A stretch of 64,000 bases of DNA, from NCBI GenBank assembly GCA_937927235.1, contig CALBCM010000035.1, positions 11,017 to 75,016 on the forward strand, written 5' to 3'. The notes under the pieces were generated by a model, which had not been told where the DNA came from, made no database searches, and saw only the letters and a program-made list of their open reading frames with translations. This DNA is from an uncultured Johnsonella sp. (GTDB taxonomy: Bacteria > Bacillota > Clostridia > Lachnospirales > Lachnospiraceae). Of the stretch, positions 38,558-48,314 are shown in pieces; position 1 is the first letter of the stretch, and each line of letters starts with the position of its first letter. The position numbers and the translations under genes are program-made.

Positions 38558-39628
38558 ATGAAAATACTTATAAGAACAATATCCTTATTTTTAAGCCTGG
38601 TGTTAATATATTTACTCTATGTATTATTAAGCTATAAAAGATTGCCTGATAAGCTGGAGCTTGAGGTATTATCTCCGGCTGCAGGCTCAGCTGACTATAA
38701 TGAGGTTAAAATAAATACAGAATACACCGCTTTAACCTATAATATAGGCTTTGGAGCCTATACGCCTGATTTCAGCTTTTTTATGGACGGAGGAAAAAGC
38801 TCATGGGCAAAAAGCAAGGCAAGTGTAGTCAGTGCAGTAGTCGGGGCGGCAGAGTTTATTAAAAATCAAAAGCCTGATTTCTCACTTATACAGGAAGTGG
38901 ATATAGACGGTACCAGAAGCTATCATGTAGATGAATTTGATTTATTCAGTAAGCAGCTTGCTGATTATTATAAAGTATTTGCCCAAAATTATGATTCGGC
39001 ATTTTTAATGTATCCGCCTGCCCAGCCTCATGGCAAAAATAAATCGGGAATAGCTTTGTTTTCGCTGTATAAAATTGAGTCTTCTATAAGAAAAAGCTTT
39101 CCTATATCAAAAACTCTTTCAAAGCTTTTAGACCTTGACAGATGCTACAGCATATCAAGACTGCCTGTGGAGAATGGAAAAGAGCTTATTATAATAAATC
39201 TTCACATGTCAGCCTATGGACATAGTGACGAGGTCAGACAGGGACAGATTTCAAAGCTTTTTAATGATATGGCACAGGAATACGAAAAGGGAAATTATGT
39301 TCTGTGCGGAGGAGATTTTAACCATGACCTTAAGGCAGCAGAGGATGCCGAGGGAGATTTTGAAAGCTATACCTATCCTTTTCCAAGAAGCAATGTGCCG
39401 AAGGGATTTTATTTCGGTATGGATAGACTTGGTGAAGTTGAAAAATCCAAGCTGAGGAATACTTCAAGAGATTCCGGAAAGCCTTTTATAGAAGGAGAAA
39501 GTAAGACAGTAACTCTCGACGGGTTTATATTTTCTGAAAATATTGAGATGATAAGCTATGAAAATCTGAATACTGGTTTTATATTTTCAGATCATGAGCC
39601 TGTGAAAACTGTATTTAAACTAAAATAA
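38558..39628 (+). CDS. Membrane-anchored endonuclease/exonuclease/phosphatase family protein
   Basis: TYNIGFG, IQEVD, NLHMSAY, GGDFN, LDGFI, SDH.PV. Confidence 0.88.
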   Translation: MKILIRTISLFLSLVLIYLLYVLLSYKRLPDKLELEVLSPAAGSADYNEVKINTEYTALTYNIGFGAYTPDFSFFMDGGKSSWAKSKASVVSAVVGAAEFIKNQKPDFSLIQEVDIDGTRSYHVDEFDLFSKQLADYYKVFAQNYDSAFLMYPPAQPHGKNKSGIALFSLYKIESSIRKSFPISKTLSKLLDLDRCYSISRLPVENGKELIIINLHMSAYGHSDEVRQGQISKLFNDMAQEYEKGNYVLCGGDFNHDLKAAEDAEGDFESYTYPFPRSNVPKGFYFGMDRLGEVEKSKLRNTSRDSGKPFIEGESKTVTLDGFIFSENIEMISYENLNTGFIFSDHEPVKTVFKLK

Positions 39629-39736
39629 AAGCAGCTGATACAGCAGTACCTAAGTCGAAATTATATAAAACAGTGTAAAATACGATAGGATTATGTACAA
39701 TCAGAATAAAAAAATAAAAAAAGTTTTTAAAACCTA

Positions 39737-39779
39737 TTGACAAACTAGGGATTAGGTGTTATAGTTAGTGAGTCCTAAC
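39737..39779 (+). promoter_or_regulatory. Promoter with overlapping GTTAG-N6-CTAAC operator (DtxR/MntR-like metal box)
   Basis: TTGACA-17-TATAGT; gttag tgagtc ctaac at 39764-39779; upstream of DUF3793-flavodoxin. Confidence 0.65.
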
Positions 39780-39813
39780 CAATAAAGGTAAAAAACAGGA
39801 GAGAATAAACGAG

Positions 39814-40410
39814 ATGTCTGAAACAGTGAATGCTAAAGTAATAAGACTACTTAAAGATGGCAGTGAAGACATAAAAGCAGAGCTTAGACTTTTAATACAG
39901 TCTGCCCTTGTGCTTAAAGGCTGCAAACAGTCAAATATGTTCTTTGTGAGAGATGAAGAGCTTTTGATTTTAGCTGATTTGGCAGTAAGGACACGGCTTC
40001 GTTTAGCTTTACTGTATTCCCAAAGAGGCAGGCACCTTGTGTTTATATACAGGAAGAATGAGCTGCTTGATTACCTTAACTCAGAAGAGGTAAGTACCTT
40101 ATTAAGAGAGTACGGCTATGAGGGAGAGAGGTTGGAAGGATTTTTTTCAAAACTGAGAAAAAGGATGTCCGGCTTTTATAAGAGAGCTGAGTTGTTTCCT
40201 CATGAAATAGGTTTGTTCTTATGCTATCCCTTATGTGATATAAAGGGTTTTGTAAAGAACGGGGGACAGAATTTCCTGTTTAGCGGATATTGGAAAGTTT
40301 ATGATGATTTAGAAGCCACATTAAAGCTCTTTGCAGACTTTGACAGAGCAAGAGAAAGAGCCGTGAGTGAATGGCTGGCTGGCAGAACTCTTTATGAGAT
40401 TGCCGCATAA
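39814..40410 (+). CDS. DUF3793-family protein
   Basis: FPHEIGLFLCYPLCDIKGF, GYWKVY; adjacent to flavodoxin. Confidence 0.85.
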   Translation: MSETVNAKVIRLLKDGSEDIKAELRLLIQSALVLKGCKQSNMFFVRDEELLILADLAVRTRLRLALLYSQRGRHLVFIYRKNELLDYLNSEEVSTLLREYGYEGERLEGFFSKLRKRMSGFYKRAELFPHEIGLFLCYPLCDIKGFVKNGGQNFLFSGYWKVYDDLEATLKLFADFDRARERAVSEWLAGRTLYEIAA

Positions 40411-40543
40411 ATTCTTTTGTCAACATAATAGATGCTACTAATAAATATCAGTTGTGGCATCGCTATATATAAAAGCACCTTTTTAAGCAGGGAAAGTTAA
40501 GGACTTTCCAATTTAAATTAAACAAAAAGGAGAATAATAGAAT

Positions 40544-40975
40544 ATGGAAAAGGTTAGTATTGTTTACTGGAGCCAGACCGGAAATACCGAAGCTATGGCA
40601 AAGATGATTGCACAGGGAGCTGAAGAGGCAGGCGCTAAGGCAGAGCTTATAGAGGTTTCTTCGGCAAATGTGGATGAACTTCTTGCACTTCCGGGATTCG
40701 CTATAGGCTGTCCTGCTATGGGAGCTGAGGAGCTTGAGGATGCAGAGGTTGAGCCGTTTGTAGCTTCAATCGAAGGAAAGGTTTCAGGCAAATCACTTCT
40801 TCTCTTTGGTTCATATGACTGGGGCGATGGAGAATGGATGAGGATTTGGCAGGACAGAATGACTGCAAAGGGAGCCAGCCTTGTTACCGGAGAGGGTGTT
40901 ATAGCAAATAACGCACCTGATGCTGAGGCAGAAGCTAAGCTTAAGGCTGCCGGTGCAGAACTTGCAAAGCTGTAA
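40544..40975 (+). CDS. Short-chain flavodoxin
   Basis: YWSQTGNTE.MA, GCPAMG.E, LFGSYDWG.GEWM. Confidence 0.95.
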   Translation: MEKVSIVYWSQTGNTEAMAKMIAQGAEEAGAKAELIEVSSANVDELLALPGFAIGCPAMGAEELEDAEVEPFVASIEGKVSGKSLLLFGSYDWGDGEWMRIWQDRMTAKGASLVTGEGVIANNAPDAEAEAKLKAAGAELAKL

Positions 40976-41017
40976 TCAGTTTTACAACCAGATTAGAGCT
41001 TGTGCTATATTCTTAGT

Positions 41018-41116
41018 TATAGGGCAGGGACTGTCCGAATAAACGCCTGTGGAGATAGTAGGCTACGAAGTCTGTGAAGCAGGAAGCCCGTTGGCTTTAG
41101 ACAATGAGCAGTTCAC
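41018..41116 (+). mobile_element. Orphan IS200/IS605-family tnpB 3' end / omega-RNA scaffold and right end
   Basis: Translates as IGQGLSE*TPVE (TnpB C-terminal-tail-like); gaagcaggaagcccgttggctttagacaatgagcagttcac right-end hairpin ending TTCAC; no tnpA/tnpB ORF present. Confidence 0.75.
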
Positions 41117-41162
41117 TCTACTTACACACCTGATTATTATTCGACGCAGAACAAATAAAAGG

Positions 41163-41300
41163 TGCTATAATTAATACGGTCTTTCATTTAGACAAGGTCT
41201 AAATTTAAGATATATACAGTGTTACACATATTGAAATTTCCTCTTACTTTTGGATATAACCGATAAGGCCTGAGCAACCTTATCGGTTATATTCGTTTTA
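41163..41300 (+). ncRNA. Candidate ~120-nt small RNA with own promoter and terminator
   Basis: TGcTATAAT at 41163-41171, hairpin atttagac-aag-gtctaaat, single-stranded ttcctc, terminator ggatataaccgataagg/ccttatcggttatattc. Confidence 0.45.
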
Positions 41301-41454
41301 TTTAAAAAAATACTTAAAATATAAACACAAAACCACTTCTTTATGATAAGATAATAGCGGCAGAAGACTTTATAAATCTATAGCCGTTTTATATAAGTTT
41401 CAATGTCTGCATACGCAGACTTATGTGTTTAGTATAAGTAAGGGAGGTTTTTTA

Positions 41455-43440
41455 ATGAATATTGAGAAAAAAGCAGTAAATGCTATACGAATATTATCAG
41501 CTGATGCGATACAAAGAGCAAATTCAGGGCATCCCGGTTTGCCGCTGGGAGCAGCCCCAATAGCGTATGAGCTGTGGGCTGATTGTATGAAACATAATCC
41601 GCAGAATCCGAAATGGGAGGACAGAGACAGGTTTATACTCTCAGGCGGTCACGGCTCGATGCTCTTATATTCACTTTTTCATCTTTTTGGTTATGGAAAC
41701 CTTTCCATTGAGGATCTCAAAAATTTCAGACAACTTAATTCACTTACCCCGGGACATCCTGAATATGGACATACAATAGGAGTAGAGGCGACTACAGGAC
41801 CTCTTGGTGCAGGCATGGCAATGGCTGTGGGTATGGCAATGGCTGAGGCACATCTGGGAGCAATATTTAATGAAAAAGATTTTAATATAGTGGACCACTA
41901 TACCTATGTACTTGGAGGGGACGGCTGCCTTATGGAGGGCATAAGCTCTGAGGCATTTTCGCATGCAGGTACACTCGGACTGCATAAGCTGATAGTTATT
42001 TATGATTCTAATAATATAACTATAGAGGGCACAACTGATATTGCCTTTACTGAAAATGTTATGCAGCGTATGGAAGCCTTCGGCTTTCAGACTCTTGAGG
42101 TGGAGGACGGCAATGACCTTTTGGCTGTAGGTGAGGCTTTAAAGCAGGCAAAGGCAGATAAAACACGCCCTTCATTTATAAAAATAAATACGGTAATAGG
42201 CTTTGGCTGCAGTGCAAAACAAGGCAAAGCCAGTGCTCACGGAGAACCTCTGGGAACTGAAAATATTGAGGATTTAAGAAAAAATCTTGATTGGGATATA
42301 AAAGAAAGCTTCATTGTGCCGGAGGAGGTATATGAGCATTATAAAAAATTAAGTGAAGTTAAATCGGAAGCGGAAAAAGAGTGGAGAGCTTTATTTGAAA
42401 AATATTCAGAAAAATATCCTGATAAACGCCGACTCTGGGATAAATTTCATTCTGAACCTGATACAGATAAGCTTGATACAGCTGAATTTTGGGAATATGA
42501 AGATAAGCCTCAGGCTACAAGAAATATATCGGGCATCGTGATTAACAGGCTTAAAGCTATAATGCCTAATCTGATAGGAGGCTCGGCTGACCTCGCTCCT
42601 TCAAATAAATCATATATGAGTGAGGAGGGAGATTTTACTGCAGAAAATTATCAGGGAAGAAATATTCACTTTGGAGTCAGGGAGCTTGCTATGGCAGGTG
42701 AAACAAACGGTATTCTTCTGCATGGAGGATTAAGACCCTACTGCGCCACCTTTTTTGTGTTTGCTGATTATACCAAGCCTATGCTGAGGCTTGCCTCACT
42801 TATGACCATTCCTTCGGTATTTGTATTTACCCATGATTCAATAGGTGTCGGAGAGGACGGACCTACACATGAGCCTGTAGAGCAGCTTGCCATGCTCAGA
42901 GCAATGCCGAATTTCAATGCCTTCAGACCGGCAGATGCCCGAGAAACTATTGCGGCCTGGTATAGTGCAGTGACCTCAAAGCACACTCCTACCGCTGTTA
43001 TATTGAGCAGGCAGAATCTCCCTCAGCTTGAGGGAAGCTCAAAGGAAGCGCTCAGGGGTGGCTATATAGTTAAGGAGTCGGCTAAAGCCCTGCCTGATGT
43101 TATATTGATAGCCTCAGGCTCGGAAGTAAGTCTTGCAGTACTGGCAGCTGAAGAGCTGTATAAGGAAGGAATAGCTGCGAGGGTGGTAAGCATGCCCTGC
43201 AGCGATATATTTGACTGTCAGGACAATGAGTATAAAGAAAAAATCTTACCTGCAGGGGTAAGGAAAAGAGTTGCCATAGAAGCGCTGTCTTCCTTTGGCT
43301 GGGAGAAGTATGCAGGGCTTGACGGAATTGTAATAGGCATGAATACTTTTGGGGCAAGTGCGCCTCATGATAAGCTTTTTAAACATTTTGGTTTTACAGT
43401 TGAGAGCATTGTAGATAAAACTAAATCACTTTTTATATAA
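41455..43440 (+). CDS. tkt: Transketolase
   Basis: SGHPG, RDRFILSGGH, TPGHPE, GDGCLMEG, GGSADL, HDSIGVGEDGPTH. Confidence 0.97.
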   Translation: MNIEKKAVNAIRILSADAIQRANSGHPGLPLGAAPIAYELWADCMKHNPQNPKWEDRDRFILSGGHGSMLLYSLFHLFGYGNLSIEDLKNFRQLNSLTPGHPEYGHTIGVEATTGPLGAGMAMAVGMAMAEAHLGAIFNEKDFNIVDHYTYVLGGDGCLMEGISSEAFSHAGTLGLHKLIVIYDSNNITIEGTTDIAFTENVMQRMEAFGFQTLEVEDGNDLLAVGEALKQAKADKTRPSFIKINTVIGFGCSAKQGKASAHGEPLGTENIEDLRKNLDWDIKESFIVPEEVYEHYKKLSEVKSEAEKEWRALFEKYSEKYPDKRRLWDKFHSEPDTDKLDTAEFWEYEDKPQATRNISGIVINRLKAIMPNLIGGSADLAPSNKSYMSEEGDFTAENYQGRNIHFGVRELAMAGETNGILLHGGLRPYCATFFVFADYTKPMLRLASLMTIPSVFVFTHDSIGVGEDGPTHEPVEQLAMLRAMPNFNAFRPADARETIAAWYSAVTSKHTPTAVILSRQNLPQLEGSSKEALRGGYIVKESAKALPDVILIASGSEVSLAVLAAEELYKEGIAARVVSMPCSDIFDCQDNEYKEKILPAGVRKRVAIEALSSFGWEKYAGLDGIVIGMNTFGASAPHDKLFKHFGFTVESIVDKTKSLFI

Positions 43441-43462
43441 TTTTTAAAGGTAAGGTAATACA

Positions 43463-44872
43463 ATGGGAGGTATATTCGGCGTAGCAGCTCAGGACAGCTG
43501 TGTAATGGATTTGTTTTTCGGTGTTGATTATCATTCACATCTTGGTACAAAAAGAGGGGGTATGACTGTGTCTGACGGGCAGCACTTTAACAGAGTCATA
43601 CATAATATAGAAAATTCTCCTTTCAGAACTAAGTTTGAATATGACGTAGGAGATATGCATGGACATCTCGGGATAGGCTGCATCTCAGATGAAGACCCTC
43701 AGCCCTTACTGATACAGTCACATTTAGGAAGCTTTGCAATTACTACTGTAGGAAAAATATCAAATAAAGACGGCATAGTAGAGAAACTGTATAAAGAGGG
43801 CATGACACATTTTCTTGAGCAAAGCGGAGGGAGAATAAATGCTACAGAGCTGGTAGCGGCACTTATAAACAGAAAGCCGAGTATAGAGGAGGGGATAGAG
43901 TATGCAAAGAAGGTCATAGAGGGCTCTATGAGCATACTGCTTATGACTCATACCGGAATCTATGCGGCAAGAGATCGGTACGGCAGAACTCCTCTTATTA
44001 TAGGAAAAAAGCAGACCGCCTACTGTATAACCTTTGAAAATCATGCTTATTTGAATCTGGGCTATACTTTCTGCCGTGAGCTCGGAGCCTCCGAAGTGGT
44101 GTTTATAAGTCCTGATGGAGTAAGAGATATAACACCTGCCCAAGAGGCTATGAGTATCTGTGCTTTTCTATGGGTATACTACGGCTATCCTACAGCCTCG
44201 TATGAAGGCAGGAATGTTGAGCGGATGCGCTATGACTGCGGAAGCCTGCTTGCGAAAAGAGATGATGCTTCAGCCGACATAATTGCAGGAGTTCCGGATT
44301 CGGGGACTGCACATGCCATAGGCTATGCAAATGAATCAGGAATACCCTTTGCAAGACCCTTTATAAAATATACACCTACCTGGCCGAGGTCATTTATGCC
44401 TACACAGCAGGACCAAAGAAAGCTGGTGGCAAGAATGAAGCTCATACCTGTTGAAGCTCTGATCAGAGGTAAAAATCTGCTTTTGATTGATGATTCGATA
44501 GTAAGGGGAACTCAGCTCAGGGAAACTACAGATTTTCTGTATCACAGCGGGGCGAAAAACGTGCATGTAAGGCCTGCCTGTCCTCCGGTAATGTTTGCCT
44601 GCAAATATCTGAACTTCTCTCGCTCCACCTCGGCTTATGATTTAATAGCAAGGCGGGTGATAAGAGAAAGAGAGGGAGAGGAGGCTTCTGAGGAGCTCTT
44701 AAAGGACTATGCCGACCCGGACAGCAAAAATCACAAGGAAATGGTTGAAGAAATTAAAAAGGAGCAGAATTTTACCACTTTAAAATATCAAAGACTTGAT
44801 GATTTAATTAAATCAATAGGCTTGCCTGAGTGCAGGCTATGCACCTATTGCTGGAATGGAAAAGAAAAATAA
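43463..44872 (+). CDS. purF: Amidophosphoribosyltransferase homolog lacking the N-terminal catalytic Cys
   Basis: PRTase motif IDDSIVRGT, GVPDSG, Fe-S cysteines (ICAF, ACKY, CTYC); begins MGGIFG, not (M)CGIFG. Confidence 0.8.
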   Translation: MGGIFGVAAQDSCVMDLFFGVDYHSHLGTKRGGMTVSDGQHFNRVIHNIENSPFRTKFEYDVGDMHGHLGIGCISDEDPQPLLIQSHLGSFAITTVGKISNKDGIVEKLYKEGMTHFLEQSGGRINATELVAALINRKPSIEEGIEYAKKVIEGSMSILLMTHTGIYAARDRYGRTPLIIGKKQTAYCITFENHAYLNLGYTFCRELGASEVVFISPDGVRDITPAQEAMSICAFLWVYYGYPTASYEGRNVERMRYDCGSLLAKRDDASADIIAGVPDSGTAHAIGYANESGIPFARPFIKYTPTWPRSFMPTQQDQRKLVARMKLIPVEALIRGKNLLLIDDSIVRGTQLRETTDFLYHSGAKNVHVRPACPPVMFACKYLNFSRSTSAYDLIARRVIREREGEEASEELLKDYADPDSKNHKEMVEEIKKEQNFTTLKYQRLDDLIKSIGLPECRLCTYCWNGKEK

Positions 44873-44890
44873 GTATAATAGGAGATAAGC

Positions 44891-45772
44891 GTGAAGACTG
44901 CGATTGCGACAGATACAAACAGCGGATTGAAAAGGGAGGAGGGAGCCGGGCTTGGAGTATATCTTTTGCCTATGCCTTTTTCAATATCGGAAAATGAATT
45001 TTTTGAGGGAGTTGATTTAAGCAGCGAAGAATTTTTTGCCAAGCTGAGAGCTGATGAGGATATAAGGACTTCTCAGCCTTCGCCGGGACAGATATGTGAT
45101 TTTTGGGATAATATCTTAAAAGAAAATGAAAATCTGGTCTACATACCGATGTCTTCAGGACTTTCGGGAACTTACGAAACCGCAAAAATGCTTGCTGATG
45201 AAGGAGAGTATAAGGGAAGGGTGTATGTAGCTGATAATAAAAGAATTTCAGTTACACAGTATGCTTCAGTGATTGATGCCAAAAATATGTCAGATTCAGG
45301 AATGAGTGCCGAAGCCATTACAAGGGCTCTTGAAGAAAGTGCTTTTAATTCAGTGATTTATCTTACTGTAGATACCTTGAAATATCTTAAAAAGGGCGGC
45401 AGAATCACTCCGGCGGCAGCCGCACTCGGCACACTTTTTAAAATCAAGCCGGTACTTACAATACAGGGAGATAAGCTTGATGCTTTTGCCAAGGTAAGGA
45501 CTATGAAGCAGGCAAAAAGCGTAATGCTGAATGCACTTAAAAAAGATTTTGCTGAAAGATTTTCTGATAATAAAGCTGATAAAACTACTCTATACATAGC
45601 ACATGCCGACGAGAATGAGCTTGCTGAAGAATTCAGGCAGGAGGTATATGAGTTTTTTAATTTATCACCGGATAAGCATGAAATAAAAATACAGGAGCTT
45701 TCACTTTCTATATGTACGCATGTCGGTCCGGGAACACTTGCACTTGCAGCAGCTCAAAAATATGAAGCCTGA
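44891..45772 (+). CDS. DegV-family fatty acid-binding protein
   Basis: TD..S, TSQPSPG, MSSGLSGT, LKKGGRI, IKPVL, HVGPG. Confidence 0.93.
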   Translation: MKTAIATDTNSGLKREEGAGLGVYLLPMPFSISENEFFEGVDLSSEEFFAKLRADEDIRTSQPSPGQICDFWDNILKENENLVYIPMSSGLSGTYETAKMLADEGEYKGRVYVADNKRISVTQYASVIDAKNMSDSGMSAEAITRALEESAFNSVIYLTVDTLKYLKKGGRITPAAAALGTLFKIKPVLTIQGDKLDAFAKVRTMKQAKSVMLNALKKDFAERFSDNKADKTTLYIAHADENELAEEFRQEVYEFFNLSPDKHEIKIQELSLSICTHVGPGTLALAAAQKYEA

Positions 45773-47216
45773 TATAAATCCGAAAAAAAATTTTAAACTG
45801 CCTCCTGTACATCTGAGGCTGTTATTAATTATAATTTTTATGATTATAACTGTAGTGCCGACACTGGCACAAAAAGCGGTGCTTATGGGAACCTTTATGC
45901 AGAGTGCGGTGGAAGCAAGACGCATAGAGCTTAAGAGCAACGGGCTGATACTGGCAAACAAGATAAGCAAAAATCTGTATCTGGATGCTGAAGAAAACGA
46001 AAAAAATGAATCAGTGGAGAATGAGATAGATAATTTTGCCAGTATTTATGACGGCAGGATAGTTATTACAAACAGTGATTTCAGAATTATTAAGGACACT
46101 TTTAACCTTGCGGAGGGGAAGCTCAATGTTGCAGAAGAAATTATAAAATGCTTTGAGGGAGAAAGCTCCAATAATTATAATAGTGAAAAGAGATTTATAA
46201 TTCAGACTTTTCCTATATATTCTCTTACAGAAGAGGACAAAATTGAAGGAGTGATGCTGATAACAGCCTCAACGGAAAGCCTTGCCAATATTTTAAAGGA
46301 TACCCGCTCAAAGACTATAGCCTTATTCAGTGCCGCAATTCCGGTATTTTTAGTGCTTTCTATAGTGATTGCCAACATAATAGTACGCCCCTTTGTCAAT
46401 CTGGGAAATTCACTTGCCAAAATTTCCGCCGGAGACCTCTATGACAAGGTAAATGAAAATACTTATACGATCACGAGGGAGATTTCATCAACTATCAACT
46501 CCACACTTTCCAAGCTTAAGGCGGTGGACCAGTCAAGAGAGGATTTTGTAGCAAATGTTTCACATGAGCTTAAAACTCCGATTACTTCGATGAGGGTGCT
46601 GGCAGACTCAATTATGTCTATGGAGGAAGCACCTGTAGATTTGTATAAGGAATTTATGAATGATATTTCAAACGAGGTTGACAGGGAATCAAAAATAATA
46701 GACGATTTGCTTGCACTGGTAAAGCTGGATAAATCAGCTACAAAGCTGAATATTGAGCAGACTGATATAAATCTTCTGATAAAGCAGACTCTTAAAAGGC
46801 TTAAGCCTATAGCGGCACTTAGAAAGATAGATATAATCCTTGAAACCGCACGGGAAGTAAAGGCTGAGGTAGATGAAACCAAGCTTTCACTTGCCCTTAA
46901 TAATCTGGTTGAAAATGCGATTAAATATAATAAAGAAGGGGGCTGGGTCAGAGTAACGCTTGATGCTGATCACAAGTTTTTCTATATTAAAGTAATAGAC
47001 TCAGGAGTGGGAATTGCAGAAGAATTCAGGGAAACTATATTTGAGAGGTTTTACCGCATAGACAAAGCCAGGTCAAGGGAAACCGGCGGAACAGGACTGG
47101 GGCTGTCAATTACTAAAAGCATTATTATGCGCCATAAGGGTATGATAAAGGTAAGCGGAAAAGAGGGAGAAGGCTCGGTATTTACAGTAAGGATACCGCT
47201 TAACTACATTAAATAA
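45762..47216 (+). CDS. Sensor histidine kinase (HAMP, HisKA, HATPase)
   Basis: FVANVSHELKTP, NLVENAIKY, DSGVGI, FERFYR, GGTGLGL; two TM segments. Confidence 0.93.
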   Translation: MKPDINPKKNFKLPPVHLRLLLIIIFMIITVVPTLAQKAVLMGTFMQSAVEARRIELKSNGLILANKISKNLYLDAEENEKNESVENEIDNFASIYDGRIVITNSDFRIIKDTFNLAEGKLNVAEEIIKCFEGESSNNYNSEKRFIIQTFPIYSLTEEDKIEGVMLITASTESLANILKDTRSKTIALFSAAIPVFLVLSIVIANIIVRPFVNLGNSLAKISAGDLYDKVNENTYTITREISSTINSTLSKLKAVDQSREDFVANVSHELKTPITSMRVLADSIMSMEEAPVDLYKEFMNDISNEVDRESKIIDDLLALVKLDKSATKLNIEQTDINLLIKQTLKRLKPIAALRKIDIILETAREVKAEVDETKLSLALNNLVENAIKYNKEGGWVRVTLDADHKFFYIKVIDSGVGIAEEFRETIFERFYRIDKARSRETGGTGLGLSITKSIIMRHKGMIKVSGKEGEGSVFTVRIPLNYIK

Positions 47217-47358
47217 CTGCGGATTACCGATGCAGGCAGCCTTTTTGATTTCAAGGCATGAAGCTTGAAAGAAGGCTACCGAATCCTGCCGGTTTTAGAC
47301 AGCGGGTAACTCGCATCGGGAGCAAGAGTTTACTAATAAAAATGAGAAAATCGAATTT

Positions 47359-48294
47359 ATGAAAAATAGATTTAAAATTATAATTATATTATCGCTGCTG
47401 TCGCTTTCACTTTCCTGCTGCACTTCTAAAAAAAAGGAGGCGGTAGCCGGGTTTGGACAGTATTATATTTATTATCTGAATACTTCGGCAAATGCATTGA
47501 CCTCTGTAGTGTATACACCTCAGGCAAAACAAAGCCATGCACTTGCCGAAGAGCTTATGAGCAGGCTTATAGAGGTGCCTAAGGATGTGGAAGCGGGGCA
47601 GATACTTGGAGATAAGGTGACCTATAAGGGCTGCAGAATTGAAGGCAATGTACTCTACCTTGATTTTGATTCAAATTATGCACTTATGAAGCCTGCAAGG
47701 GAGATATTATGCAGAGCGGCACTTACCAAGACGCTGACTCAGATAGAAGGAATAGATTTTATAAGTATTAATTCCGGTGAAAGACAGATGACGGATACAA
47801 GCGGCAAACCGCTGGGACTCATATCTTCCAATGATTTTATAGACGGTATTTCAGATATAAATTCGTATGAGGAAACTGAAATACTGCTGTATTTTGCGGA
47901 TGAGGAGGGCAAAAAGCTGGTACCCTTGAAAAGAGAAGTAAGGTATAATTCAAATATTGCGATGGAAAGGCTTGTACTGGAACAGCTTATGCAGGGTACC
48001 AAGATGTCGGGGCTTAAGCAGACTGTTCCAGACAATACAAGACTGCTCGGAGTTTCGGTAAATGATAATATATGCTATGTGAATTTTGATGCAGGCTTTT
48101 TAGAGGCTATTCCCGGAGAAGATGTTTACGTAAGTATATACTCGGTAGTAAATACCTTGTGTGAGCTTCAGAATGTCAACCGGGTTCAAATAACTATTAA
48201 CGGAAAGCAGGATATTATGCTGAGAGATGTGGTAAGCTTAAACACGGTGTTTGAAATGAATCTTAATTATATAAAAAACAGTGAAAATAAATAA
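47359..48294 (+). CDS. GerMN-domain lipoprotein
   Basis: Lipobox LSC, two GerMN repeats (LYF..., YVNF, YSVVNTL, V.I.ING). Confidence 0.88.
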   Translation: MKNRFKIIIILSLLSLSLSCCTSKKKEAVAGFGQYYIYYLNTSANALTSVVYTPQAKQSHALAEELMSRLIEVPKDVEAGQILGDKVTYKGCRIEGNVLYLDFDSNYALMKPAREILCRAALTKTLTQIEGIDFISINSGERQMTDTSGKPLGLISSNDFIDGISDINSYEETEILLYFADEEGKKLVPLKREVRYNSNIAMERLVLEQLMQGTKMSGLKQTVPDNTRLLGVSVNDNICYVNFDAGFLEAIPGEDVYVSIYSVVNTLCELQNVNRVQITINGKQDIMLRDVVSLNTVFEMNLNYIKNSENK

Positions 48295-48314
48295 TGTAAG
48301 AGATGGAGAGGTAA

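Noticed and set aside
41018..41116. Active IS200/IS605 transposon
   Set aside because: No tnpA or tnpB ORF and no left end; kept only as a remnant/omega-RNA candidate
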